Origin: Candidatus Sigynarchaeum calidifontis
Lineage (GTDB): Archaea; Asgardarchaeota; Lokiarchaeia; Sigyniarchaeales; Sigyniarchaeaceae
NCBI GenBank assembly: GCA_030587475.2
Contig: JAUQYZ020000059.1
Coordinates: 1 to 64,000, forward strand
Length of the DNA stretch: 64,000 bases
Direction of reading: 5' to 3'
This document shows positions 7,919-18,500 of the stretch, piece by piece; position 1 is the first letter of the stretch; each line of letters starts with the position of its first letter. The notes beneath the pieces were generated by a model, which had not been told where the DNA came from, did no database searches, and worked only from the letters and a program-made list of their open reading frames with translations. The translations under genes and the position numbers were made by a program.

Positions 7919-9466
7919 ATGCACATGATAGATGCACCCGCATCCCGAGCACGAAAGATTGCCCGGAGTATCCCGTTTCTCTCGGGCGCGGGGTTCTGCG
8001 TGTTTGGTTTGCTCTCGATGCAATATGGCCTGATCATGATAGGTGGCATCTTCTCAGCTGGCATCGCCGCGACATACGCGATACCAGGACGCGTGAAGGG
8101 AAAGGTACGACGCATCACGACCGTCGTCGTGGCCATTGCTGTCATTGGATTGGACATTTGTTTCGGTTTTTTTGCACGGGGCACGCTACCACTGCCCCCC
8201 GGGTCTCAAGTATGGCGGATGCATACGATAGATAACCCGGGTTTTCTCATACCCAACGGCCTACGGGCTGCCGACGTGAACAAGGATGGATTCAAAGATT
8301 ATTTAACGAATTATGAATGGGATGGCAAGATACGCATCGCGTTCCACCCTGGATTGGGGCACGTCCGCGATGCTTGGCCATCGATCACGGTCGGGGATGC
8401 ACCCGATGCAGAAAGTTCTACCTTCGGCGACATCGATGGTGATGGTAACCCCGATATCTTGATCGGGCATGGCGCCGAATATGGCGGTGTATCCGGGGTT
8501 CGCGTGATATGGGGACCGGGAGCATCGCGTGCAATGGATCCTGCCGCGTATATCGATGGCGGTGACATTGCAACAAGCCTTGGTCTCGGCCATATCAATG
8601 CTATCGAGGCATTCGATATCAACGGGGACAATGCAACGGACATCGTCATCGGTGGACGTGGCACTGCACCGAGAACGGGACTGCGATGGCTGGAAGCCCC
8701 GGCGAGCATTTCGGATCGCCGCAACCTTGCTGCCTGGCAGCTCCACGACATCGACGCTAATATCGAGGGCAGCCACGGTTTCATCTTCGACGACATCGAC
8801 AAGGACAATAGCACGGACATCGCGGTCTGCAACGCGGATTTTGACACGCCTGACACTGCCAAGGCAATAGTCTGGTATCGTAATCCAGGAACGGGAACAA
8901 ACGCGCAAAAATCCCCGTGGCCACGACATGTCGTCTTTCAAGCCCCCATCCTCGGCATCAAGGAACAGATCGCGCTCGATGACTTCACGGGTGATGGATA
9001 TCCCGAGATCGTGACACAAACACGTGATTTTCTCCACGTGTTCATCAATCCTGGCAGTAACGTGACCGGTAATAGCGCCACGTGGACGCATGTCCAGGTA
9101 CAAAAACCCCCCAACAGCACGTGGACATGTAGGCCGATCACTTTGGCGGATCTAAATCAAGATGGCAAGAAAGAGATCATCGGGGCCCTCGTCCACGACA
9201 ATGGCTGGATTCCTAATGATAAAGCCACCGTGTTTTACATGGTTTGGTCGGGCTCGATCATCGATGCTTCATGGCAAACCTTCCCGATCAAGTGGAGCGA
9301 TGGTTTCGTTGGTTTAGGTGCATATAACGGGGAAAAGTGGGATCAAATTCTCGTGGAAGACGTGGATAGAGACGGGGATCTCGACATCGCTGCGAATGTC
9401 GAGGAATATCACACGTTAGGCTTCGTCTTTCTCGCGGTCGTGTGGTTCGAGAACCCGTTATATTAA
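7919..9466 (+). CDS. Membrane-anchored FG-GAP/VCBS repeat beta-propeller protein
   Basis: N-terminal hydrophobic segments then seven Dx(D/N)xDGxxD-type motifs; start uncertain (7838-7925). Confidence 0.85.
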   Translation: MHMIDAPASRARKIARSIPFLSGAGFCVFGLLSMQYGLIMIGGIFSAGIAATYAIPGRVKGKVRRITTVVVAIAVIGLDICFGFFARGTLPLPPGSQVWRMHTIDNPGFLIPNGLRAADVNKDGFKDYLTNYEWDGKIRIAFHPGLGHVRDAWPSITVGDAPDAESSTFGDIDGDGNPDILIGHGAEYGGVSGVRVIWGPGASRAMDPAAYIDGGDIATSLGLGHINAIEAFDINGDNATDIVIGGRGTAPRTGLRWLEAPASISDRRNLAAWQLHDIDANIEGSHGFIFDDIDKDNSTDIAVCNADFDTPDTAKAIVWYRNPGTGTNAQKSPWPRHVVFQAPILGIKEQIALDDFTGDGYPEIVTQTRDFLHVFINPGSNVTGNSATWTHVQVQKPPNSTWTCRPITLADLNQDGKKEIIGALVHDNGWIPNDKATVFYMVWSGSIIDASWQTFPIKWSDGFVGLGAYNGEKWDQILVEDVDRDGDLDIAANVEEYHTLGFVFLAVVWFENPLY

Positions 9467-9535
9467 AGATCGCTTGATGTGGTACACCAAGTATTAACCG
9501 TCTATGATGTGCATCCATGTAACGGGATCGCCGGT

Positions 9536-10675
9536 TCATTTTCTAGCGCGAGCCCGGGAATGGATCGTGCAGATGGGATGCCCGCAATGCAAGCAATTGC
9601 CATCATCATCGATTTGCTTTTTCAAGATGCTGAAACCGCAACGTTTGATGACGACGCGCGAGCAGCCCGGGCAAATCGTGTCGTCATACTTGCTTTCCCT
9701 TAAATTGCCGATGTACACGTGCTTCAAGCCGGCATCGATGGCCCGCTCGCGTGCCGAGATCAGCACTTGCACCGGCGTCTCGTGATCGAAACCATTACGC
9801 ATCGCATCGCGGGCGGGAAAGAACCTCGTGAGGTGGAAGGGTGTTTCCCTTCCCAGTTCCCTGGCGATGCGCGCGGCGATCGCGTTGATCGTGTTGTCGT
9901 TCGAGTTCAAGCCTTCGATGACGAGCGTGACGATTTCCACGTGAATGCCCATTTTTTTAGCCGAGATCGCGTTTCTCCAGCATATTTCGACGTCGGCGCC
10001 GCAATGTTCCCGCACCACGCCCGCGTCGCCCTTGATGTTGATGCTCATGGCATCGAGGCCCGATCGCGCGAGCAGGGCTAGGGCGTCGCGTGTCATGTAC
10101 CCGTTGGTCACGAAGGTATTGTAGAGCCCCGCCTTCCTCGCGAGCGAGAACACGTCCACCGAGAATTCCAGGGACAGCGTGGGCTCGTTGAACGAGATCG
10201 ATGTGCCCTTGCAGCCCGCGGTGGCGGCCATCTTCACGAGCGCATCGGGCGGCACGTGGCGCGAATGACTCACGAGATCCGGTACTGGCGACCCGGGGTG
10301 GGCGATGGCGTGGTTCTGGCACCAAAAGCACTTGAAATTGCACCCGAAGGCACCGATCGTGATGGCCGTCGTGCCAGGGAAAAAATGATACAAGGGTTTC
10401 TTCTCGATCGGGTTCGCGGATAGCGACGCGGCGCACCCGTAGGTGATCGTGTATATATCGTTTTTGAAATTGTATCTCGTCCCGCAAATCCCGGTTCTCC
10501 CTTCGCGGATCTGGCATCGATGCTCGCACGTCAAGCACTTGCAAATCCCGTCTCCAATCCGCTCTTGGAGCGCTGCTTTTTTCACGAACGGACCGGGCAC
10601 GATATCGATGTTCACGTTAAAAGGCTCTTTTAAAAACCTCGTAGATATAGGTATCGATATCGTGGAAACAACCAT
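9536..10675 (-). CDS. amrS: AmmeMemoRadiSam-system radical SAM enzyme (PFL-activating-enzyme family)
   Basis: CLTCEHRC...GICG, PIEKKPLYHFFPG, GCNFKCFWCQN (CxxxCxxC), FNEPT, TNGY, FHLTRFFP, YIGN, C-terminal CPGC/CLHC; start uncertain. Confidence 0.9.
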   Translation of the reverse strand: MVVSTISIPISTRFLKEPFNVNIDIVPGPFVKKAALQERIGDGICKCLTCEHRCQIREGRTGICGTRYNFKNDIYTITYGCAASLSANPIEKKPLYHFFPGTTAITIGAFGCNFKCFWCQNHAIAHPGSPVPDLVSHSRHVPPDALVKMAATAGCKGTSISFNEPTLSLEFSVDVFSLARKAGLYNTFVTNGYMTRDALALLARSGLDAMSINIKGDAGVVREHCGADVEICWRNAISAKKMGIHVEIVTLVIEGLNSNDNTINAIAARIARELGRETPFHLTRFFPARDAMRNGFDHETPVQVLISARERAIDAGLKHVYIGNLRESKYDDTICPGCSRVVIKRCGFSILKKQIDDDGNCLHCGHPICTIHSRARARK

Positions 10676-10900
10676 GTCTCGAAAGAGATGGTAGTTCAAA
10701 CTTCGCCCGTCGAAAATAAGAAAGAGAAAGTTCAAGTAGTTCGTTAACCCGGCTGAATCAAATCGTATATTTCCTTTCTTGCTCGCATTGTGCTAGTATT
10801 ATCAGCACGATTGCTTGATGCACGCGATCCCTTTCTCTAAACCTTTGCATCTCGGGAATTCAGATAACGTTTTTTTATAGGAACAGCTTATGAATGATGT

Positions 10901-11704
10901 ATGCTCGGCTGGTCGACGTGCCAAATATTTGGATGGGTAATTTCCGTCGTAGCGGTAATTCTTGGTTACGTGCAATGCTTCTTGTTCTTGCACAAGTACA
11001 TGGTTGTCAAGCGAACGCGCATCCTCCGAGATCTCACTGCCATGAGCTTTGCCATCGTGTCGGCGCTAGCTGGCCTCCCGATCTTTTTCGTCGTTTCGAG
11101 GTACCTCCCCACGCAAGATGCGGCGGATCGATTGATCAACATCCAGACCGCGTTTTCCTTCTCTGGAACCGCAATCGGAAATTTATTCCTGTTATCATTC
11201 ATCAAGAGCGTTTTCTTCGAGAATAAAATGAACATGTGGATGAAGGCTTTGATTTTCCTTGAAATAATCGTGATTCCAAGCGCGCCCGTTGTCACGATCC
11301 TGGATTTAGAGCCTCTACTCGTTCTCGGGCCACATGCCATTGCATCAATCGTGATTTACACGATAGAAGCAGTCAAGGCATTCAACATCACCAAGCACTT
11401 GAAAATAACGAACGGCGATCCCGTGAGCATAAACGGGACCATGTTCATCGGATTGTCCGGGCTTTTTCTCGATGCAACCATTTTCTTGTTTGTCATGCAA
11501 GAAATAACCTTTGCCACGAGGGACGTTTTCGAGCCGCTTGGCCTAATCGACGCGGTAGGATGCTCCTTGTTTGTTGCCGCCGGGCTCGTCGCAGCAATGA
11601 TCGCGATTGCCATGTTGTATCTCGGATATTATGTTCCAGATTGGATCAAGAAAAGATGGTTGGCAAGGGCATCAAGATCCCGGCCATCTCCCCTTCTTGG
11701 ATAA
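10901..11704 (+). CDS. Polytopic membrane protein (~7 TM), function unknown
   Basis: About seven hydrophobic segments; ends MLYLGYYVPDWIKK. Confidence 0.8.
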   Translation: MLGWSTCQIFGWVISVVAVILGYVQCFLFLHKYMVVKRTRILRDLTAMSFAIVSALAGLPIFFVVSRYLPTQDAADRLINIQTAFSFSGTAIGNLFLLSFIKSVFFENKMNMWMKALIFLEIIVIPSAPVVTILDLEPLLVLGPHAIASIVIYTIEAVKAFNITKHLKITNGDPVSINGTMFIGLSGLFLDATIFLFVMQEITFATRDVFEPLGLIDAVGCSLFVAAGLVAAMIAIAMLYLGYYVPDWIKKRWLARASRSRPSPLLG

Positions 11705-11731
11705 CCAATAAAAGAAAAAAACAGATAATAA

Positions 11732-12181
11732 TCACGCTTTCACGCGCATTTTATTGCCGGTACGAACGAAACCGAGCCGCTCGTACATGGTTATGGCTTG
11801 TGGCTGGCTATCACGTATGTTCACGTTAATCGTGGACACTTTCAATGATTTCATGTAATCCAGCGCACGGCGGACGAGTTCCTTGCCAACACCCTTTCCC
11901 CGGGCTTCCGGATCCACCACGATGTTCTGTAAAAACCCTTCTTTCTTTCCCCCGCGTGATGGCTTGGTGATACCGATGACCATGCCCAAAATATCGTGTT
12001 TTTCATCGTCCTCGGCAAGAAATGTCCCGTTCCTCTGCTCGGGGTCGATCATAACTCTCGTGATCATGGCCATGAAGCGTTTTTTGTCGAAAGTCTGGTG
12101 AAGTTCCTCGACAAGGCCTCGTGCCAACTTCGTCATGGCTTCGACATCGCCCTCTTGCGAGTTGCGATAAATAATGGTCAT
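11732..12181 (-). CDS. GNAT N-acetyltransferase
   Basis: IVVDPEARGKGVGKEL acetyl-CoA motif A; AITMYERLGF. Confidence 0.92.
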   Translation of the reverse strand: MTIIYRNSQEGDVEAMTKLARGLVEELHQTFDKKRFMAMITRVMIDPEQRNGTFLAEDDEKHDILGMVIGITKPSRGGKKEGFLQNIVVDPEARGKGVGKELVRRALDYMKSLKVSTINVNIRDSQPQAITMYERLGFVRTGNKMRVKA

Positions 12182-12524
12182 TTTTTCTGCACTCTCCTAT
12201 ATGCCCTCGTGAATTGCACGTTGCTTGGCATTATCTCGCTCGCGCTTCTTTTGAAGCTACTCCGATCCCGATCCATTTTATGAATATCAATAAAGAAACC
12301 CTCTAAAAGCAATATAATTCCATCCCGGCAGAGTTCCGAGGACCTCCTCTGGAACGGGGAACGGGCCGGCCACTTTTCGAGGTTTCACGTGCAATGGCGG
12401 GATGCCAAGAACCTGGTACGATTATTCCCCCCGTGGCCCATCCCCATAGGTAATAAATATCCTCGTTGCGATGTACCTCATATCATACTACTTTGACAAT
12501 AGATGATTTTGGGAAGGACTTAAA

Positions 12525-15500
12525 ATGACTCGAATGAAAATAAGTCGGGCAATTCCCACGTCATTCGCCGTTTTGGTCACAATGTTCATTATAGGCACGA
12601 TCATGATGGCAGGGAGCCCGACGGTCACGCAGAACGGTAATTCTCTCTCCAACACGCAACTGCCTCATGGCGGACTCGTAACCAGTGCTATAACAGCTTC
12701 AAATCAATATACAGGGACGGGTTCACCCTTGGCATTAGGTGAATGGGCAGATAGCAAGAACACGACGACCGGCCTCTCGTTCATCGGCACGAACACGGGC
12801 CGGGCAAGCATCCGGCTCGCGGAAGGCTGGGACGGCATGCGCATTTACACCTACGTTTACAACTTGAAGGACATCGAGAGCTGGACGTTGAATCCTGCTA
12901 CGACTTACGATGGTTTCCAAGACACGGAAAACCATTTCCCGTCTGGCGGCTCGGTCGTCTGGTCCTATGGCGAGGTGCAGATCACGAACAATTGCCAGGG
13001 CTGGGATGACCCCGCCAACTATCTTTTCGCGGACCTCAACCCCCGGCTCGGCGGGCTCGGGACCTATTGGGACGCGGGCCAGACCGCGTACTGGCAGCAA
13101 GCCGTGAACGTCCCGCGCGGCCAGATCTCGAGGATGTGGGTGGCGTTCGAATACTGGGCGGGGACCTATAATCAAGATGGCAGCGGGGGTGATGACCCGT
13201 TTTGCCCGTGGGACATGGTCAAGATTTACGCGAACGTCGGCAGTGCAGGCAACATCGCCAACCAGGCGCAGCGCGTGATCGAGATCTCCTCCACGCAGAT
13301 CCCGAACAAGAACAACGCGTGGAACCCGACCGGCATCACCGCGGTGCCGCAGACGATCATCGACGCGATCAATTCCGGCAACCCGACCCCTGCAAACGCC
13401 GTCTACCTCCGCGTGGGAATCCTGAACTCCGCGGCGTACAACACGAACGTCTACAACGGGCGAACCCGCTTCCGGAACATCCGGCTTTTCGTGGAAGCCC
13501 TTGCCCAGCCCGTGCAGCTGAACTTGCGCGTCTCGTTTGATGGCGTCGGCGGGAATGGCGGCGCCCAGAACGCGATCCAGAACATCGGGGGAACGTACGG
13601 CGTTGGCCAGCTCAATTACACGGCCACCCCGAGCCGGTGGCTCGCCGGCGCGGTGCCGCTGGACATCAATAGCACCCTCCGCACCGACGCGACCGTCCAG
13701 TTCCCTGCAGACAACCTGGAGACCGTGAAATTCGACATGTACCAGATCATCTACGGCACGAACCAGAAAAACACGGTCACCGCGCCGAACTCGATGGCAC
13801 CCGATGGTTCGATCTTCACCGTCGGCAACGGGACAGTCACCACCTGGAACACGAACTTCTACGACCGCCCCCCGCAGATCCCACAAGCGCAAGAAGATTA
13901 CATCAACTACAAGTTTAACGGGACCAAGCCTTCCGACTGGACCTTCACGTCGATCCTCGATTCCCAACCGTCCGAGAAGCTTGGTTACTTGATCCTCGGT
14001 GGAGGCGGCACGAGATTCGAGATGCCATCGGCGCAGGCGATGTTCTACGGGTACTGGACATTCACGGCCACTTCCCCGAATTATATACAATCCGTGGCAG
14101 TGCCATCCTTTGTGTACGAGGGCCAGTATCTCCGGATCAACGGGACCGTTATGTCATCACCCCTAACCGATGGATACGTCGGGCAAACGCAAGCGGAACT
14201 CACCATCAAGTTCCCCAATGGCACGGTATGGAGCAATGCCTACCGTCGCGCCACGGTCACGGCTGGCCGGCAGATCGCGTTCGGGCAAATTTTGATCCCC
14301 GAAAATGGCACGCAATACGTTGCGGGCACGTACACGGCGATCGTCACGTGGAACAACACCCGATCTGGCTTGCCGTTGAACGAGACCGGGTGCATGGTCC
14401 GGACGTTCACCGTGCGCCATCGAACGACGCTGACGGCTGCGAGCCCCGTGATACTCGACGTCTTGAACACGCAAACTGCCCTGCCCATCCAGGTGCGATA
14501 CGCGGACTACGGCGGGGCAATCGTTTCCGGGGCAACCGTGACCTTCACGAACTTCGACTCGGTCTTGCAGACCATGACGTTCGTCAACGATTATTACAAC
14601 TACTTGACGCTGCTCGACTGCACGAACGGCCCGAGGGGCTTGAACTACTTCACCATCACGGCAACCCACCCGGCCTTCGAGACCAAGAGCGTCATCGTCG
14701 CCGTGGAGATCGTGCGGATGTCGAACTTCACCACCACGAACTCGAGCGTCTCGGTGCAATGGAACACCAATTTCAACCTGGTCCTATCCTACATCGACGC
14801 GACGAACGGCAGCGGCATATTGATCGACTCGCCCAACAACCTCACGGTCACGGGTTGGCCCGGCGGGTCGAGCCGGTACACGGTCGACATGAGCCAGGCC
14901 GCCACCGGCACCTACAGGATATTGTTCAACTCGTCGAGCACGTTGCCGTATGTTTCGTACCCCTTGACGATAGGCATCAAGAAGATCGGCTGCCAGGGCA
15001 AGACCTTGGCCACGGACGCATCGATCACGCCCCGCAGCAGCGCGTTGAACCTTATCCCCATCCCGGATCTGGCTTTCGGGCAGGCCATGATCGTGAACGC
15101 GAATTACAAGGAGGTCAGCTCCGGCAATTTCATCATCGGCGCCACGTCGACGGCGCAGATCGTCGGGTACGGTGCATGCCTGGTGAATTCTTTCCCGAAC
15201 GGCACGTACCGGTACAGCTTCAACACGCAATCGCTGCCATCAACGGGCACCTATACCCTCCGGGTGAACATCAACTGGAGCGGCGTGCCCTACTACGCGA
15301 ACCAGACGCAGACGCTCACCATCCGGGTGATCCAGCGCCAGACCCAGGCATATGCCACGAACACGTTCGACGTCAAGTACTGGGGCTCGAATTTTTCCAT
15401 CCCATTGTATTACATCGATGTCATCAACGGCAGCTCGATCGGGAGCTTGGCCAACGTCCGTATTCAGATAAGCGCCTTTGATGGTGCCACGCCGCTGATT

Positions 15501-18500
15501 CTGGTAAACACGCTCACCTGGATCAAGTACGAGTCAAGCGGCGGGTACTGGAACTTGACGTTCAACGCCACCCACTTCGGCCGGACGAATCTCATACCAG
15601 GCTTTAATGTAAGTATTGCTGTTGGCTGGCGGGCGAATGCAGCCCCGTATTACGTGAACCAGAGCGTGGCGTTCATCATCAAGATCGACGAGGCTCCCAC
15701 GTTCATCTATATCCGGGATCCTTCAAAGCAGACCGTGCCATCCGGCAACAACCACACGATCACGTTCACGCTCATCAACCAGCGCTCGGGCCTGGGCATA
15801 CCGGGTCAACAAGGAAATATCGTCGTCACGTCGGCCGGGGTATTGCCGGATAACGAGGTCTTCAATCCCGCGATCGGAATCACGTGGGATGGTCAAGGAA
15901 ATTACACGCTCATGTTCAACATCACTAAACTGGCCAGCGATTACGTGGCGTTCAATATTTCTATAGACATGAGCAATTATGTTGACATTGTCAATTATGG
16001 TTTCACGCTGATCAAGATCACGCCCATTCCTGTTACTGAAATCTTGCCAGTAGCGCCCGTTCATCTCGACCAGCAGGTAAACATCTCGATATACTTCCAC
16101 CTCGTCGGTGTTGACACGGGCATCCCAGATGCGACCATCACCTTTCAACGCAACCCTTCATCGGGGCCTTGGCCAGGCGGAAGTTACTCGTGGTCCTTCG
16201 ATGGCACTAGGTATTACAACGTGTTGTTCACGCCATCCTTTATTCACCCGGTGGTGAACGCATCCGGCTCCTATTCCGTGTTCGTGAACATCGCATCGCC
16301 GAGCGGGAACTCGCAAGTCCGCGTGAACTTCGTCGTGAATCCCATCCCGACGAACATTTCCAAGACCTACTTCAACAACACGGATTACACGTCGTCATTG
16401 CCGACCTATAGCGTGTACATCGGCGATTACGTAAATGTTAGCGTGTATTTCGAGAACACGTATAACAATACCGCAGTCACGAGTGCACTGGTGATGCTTT
16501 CGCGGACTGGATTCAATCAGACCATGACTTTATCGGGAACGAGATACTATTGCGTCGTTAACACGGCCGTTTTCGGCGTCGGCTCGTTCGAGTTCACGGT
16601 CAGCGCGAGCCGTAACAATTTCATGCAAGCGAGCCAGAAGATCAAGCTCGACATACAGCCCGTGTCGACCGACCTCGTGGTCAAGCTGAACAACTCGGCC
16701 ACCTTGAACTTCTACATGTACTACGGGCAATTCTTGCGAGTCGCGTTCTTGTACAACAACACGCACCGGGGCATTCCTATCCGGATTGGATCCGCGACGC
16801 TCACGGGTGGCACTATCCCGTTCGGCAACAGCACGTTCACTGTCAACAGCACTGGCTGGTGGAATGGCATCATCAATTCCGCGGCGATCGGCATCCCCGG
16901 CACCTATTCGATGACCCTGAGCATGAGCTTGGCCAGCTATCAAACGGCTCTCGAGACATTCGTCGTCACGATCGCGTCGATCCCGACGACCAGCGCGTCG
17001 TACAATTCCGTTGGAGGCTTGCAAAGCACCTTCTCGCTCTACTACGGACAACCGCTCGTGCTCGCCGTTCGATACCAGAATTCCCTCACGAGCGCGTACA
17101 TCACGGGCGCGTCGATGTCAGTGACGAGCACGCTGGTGAACTCGTCGTTCGCGAGAACAGGTAACTGGTATAATTACACCTTTAACACGGCTGCAACGCC
17201 AAATGTATACACGATATCGATATCGGCCTCCCAGGCAAACTACACGTCGAGCACGGTGATCATCACGGTCACGATACTTGCAATCCCGACCGACTTGCGC
17301 GTGTACGACGGGAACGTGCAAAGAACATCTTTTGATGCGGTCTTTGGCCAGAACATCACGTGCAAGCTCCAACTGTGGGACACGTTGAACAACGTCGTCG
17401 TGACCGGGACGGGCTTCAGCTCCGCGTACGGGTACATCTCCCCAACGCCAGGCCAACTTGGCAATTACACGTTGACGGTGAACACGACATCGTGGGCAAG
17501 CATCGGGATCGTGCAATTCACGGTCACCGCCACGAGGGCGAACCATCTCGCCAGCTCCGAGGTCATCACGATCAATATCCGGCCCATCACGACGGACGTC
17601 CGCGTGTATATCAACGGTATCGACAGGACATCGACGCTCCAGGAAACCATCAATTTCCTGGAAACGTTCAGCATCACGGTCTATTTCAACAATACGCTAC
17701 TCAACCGACCGATTATAGGAGCCACCCTCCAGCTAGCGTTCACCAACCAGACGGGAAGCTACTTATTTAGCCTCCCTGCCACGGGTGCCCCCGGTAATTA
17801 CTCGAACACGTTTGATTCTGGCGTGCTCGGTGCCGCCATCGGGAACCAGTACATCTTCGATCTTTCGGCGACCCTCACGAATTACGAGTCCATCTTCAAG
17901 AGGCTTAATATCTTCTACAACCCGATTCCGACAGCGTTGAACATCACCCAAGCAGGAATTGAAGTGCCGCGATCGGGTGCCGGCAATACACTACAAGCCA
18001 TCTACAGCGATAATCTCGTGCTGGCAGTCAACCTCGCAAGTTACCTTGAAAGCAAGAATTTGAGCGGTCCCGGGGTGGACATCACTGCGGTCGTGAACCA
18101 GCAAACCATCCTAGGCGTTTATAACGGCTCCGTTTATGTCATCACGATCGCTGTCGATAACCCGGCATATGCCATGAATGCCGGGTTCACGCACCAGGTC
18201 TTGGTCGTTGGTGACGCGCAGGGATACAAGAGCGACTCGTTTAGCTTGCTGGTCAACGTGCTTCCAATCCCGACGAACCTCTCCGTGTTCATCAACGAGA
18301 CGTATTACACGGGCTTCCTTTCATCGACCATTTTCTTGAAGAACACGCTTTCCTTCAAGGTGTACTACGATCGTGACTACAACGGCATCCAACCATTGCC
18401 GCAATTGGGCGCGGCCGTCAAGTTGGTCTTTATCAACGACACGACGTTGATGCAAACCGAGGTAAACGTCAATCCCGTGTTGCTGGAAAATTACGCGGCA

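Noticed and set aside
9536-10675. Complete AmmeMemoRadiSam operon
   Set aside because: No AmrA or AmrB homolog nearby; these genes are often dispersed in archaea.
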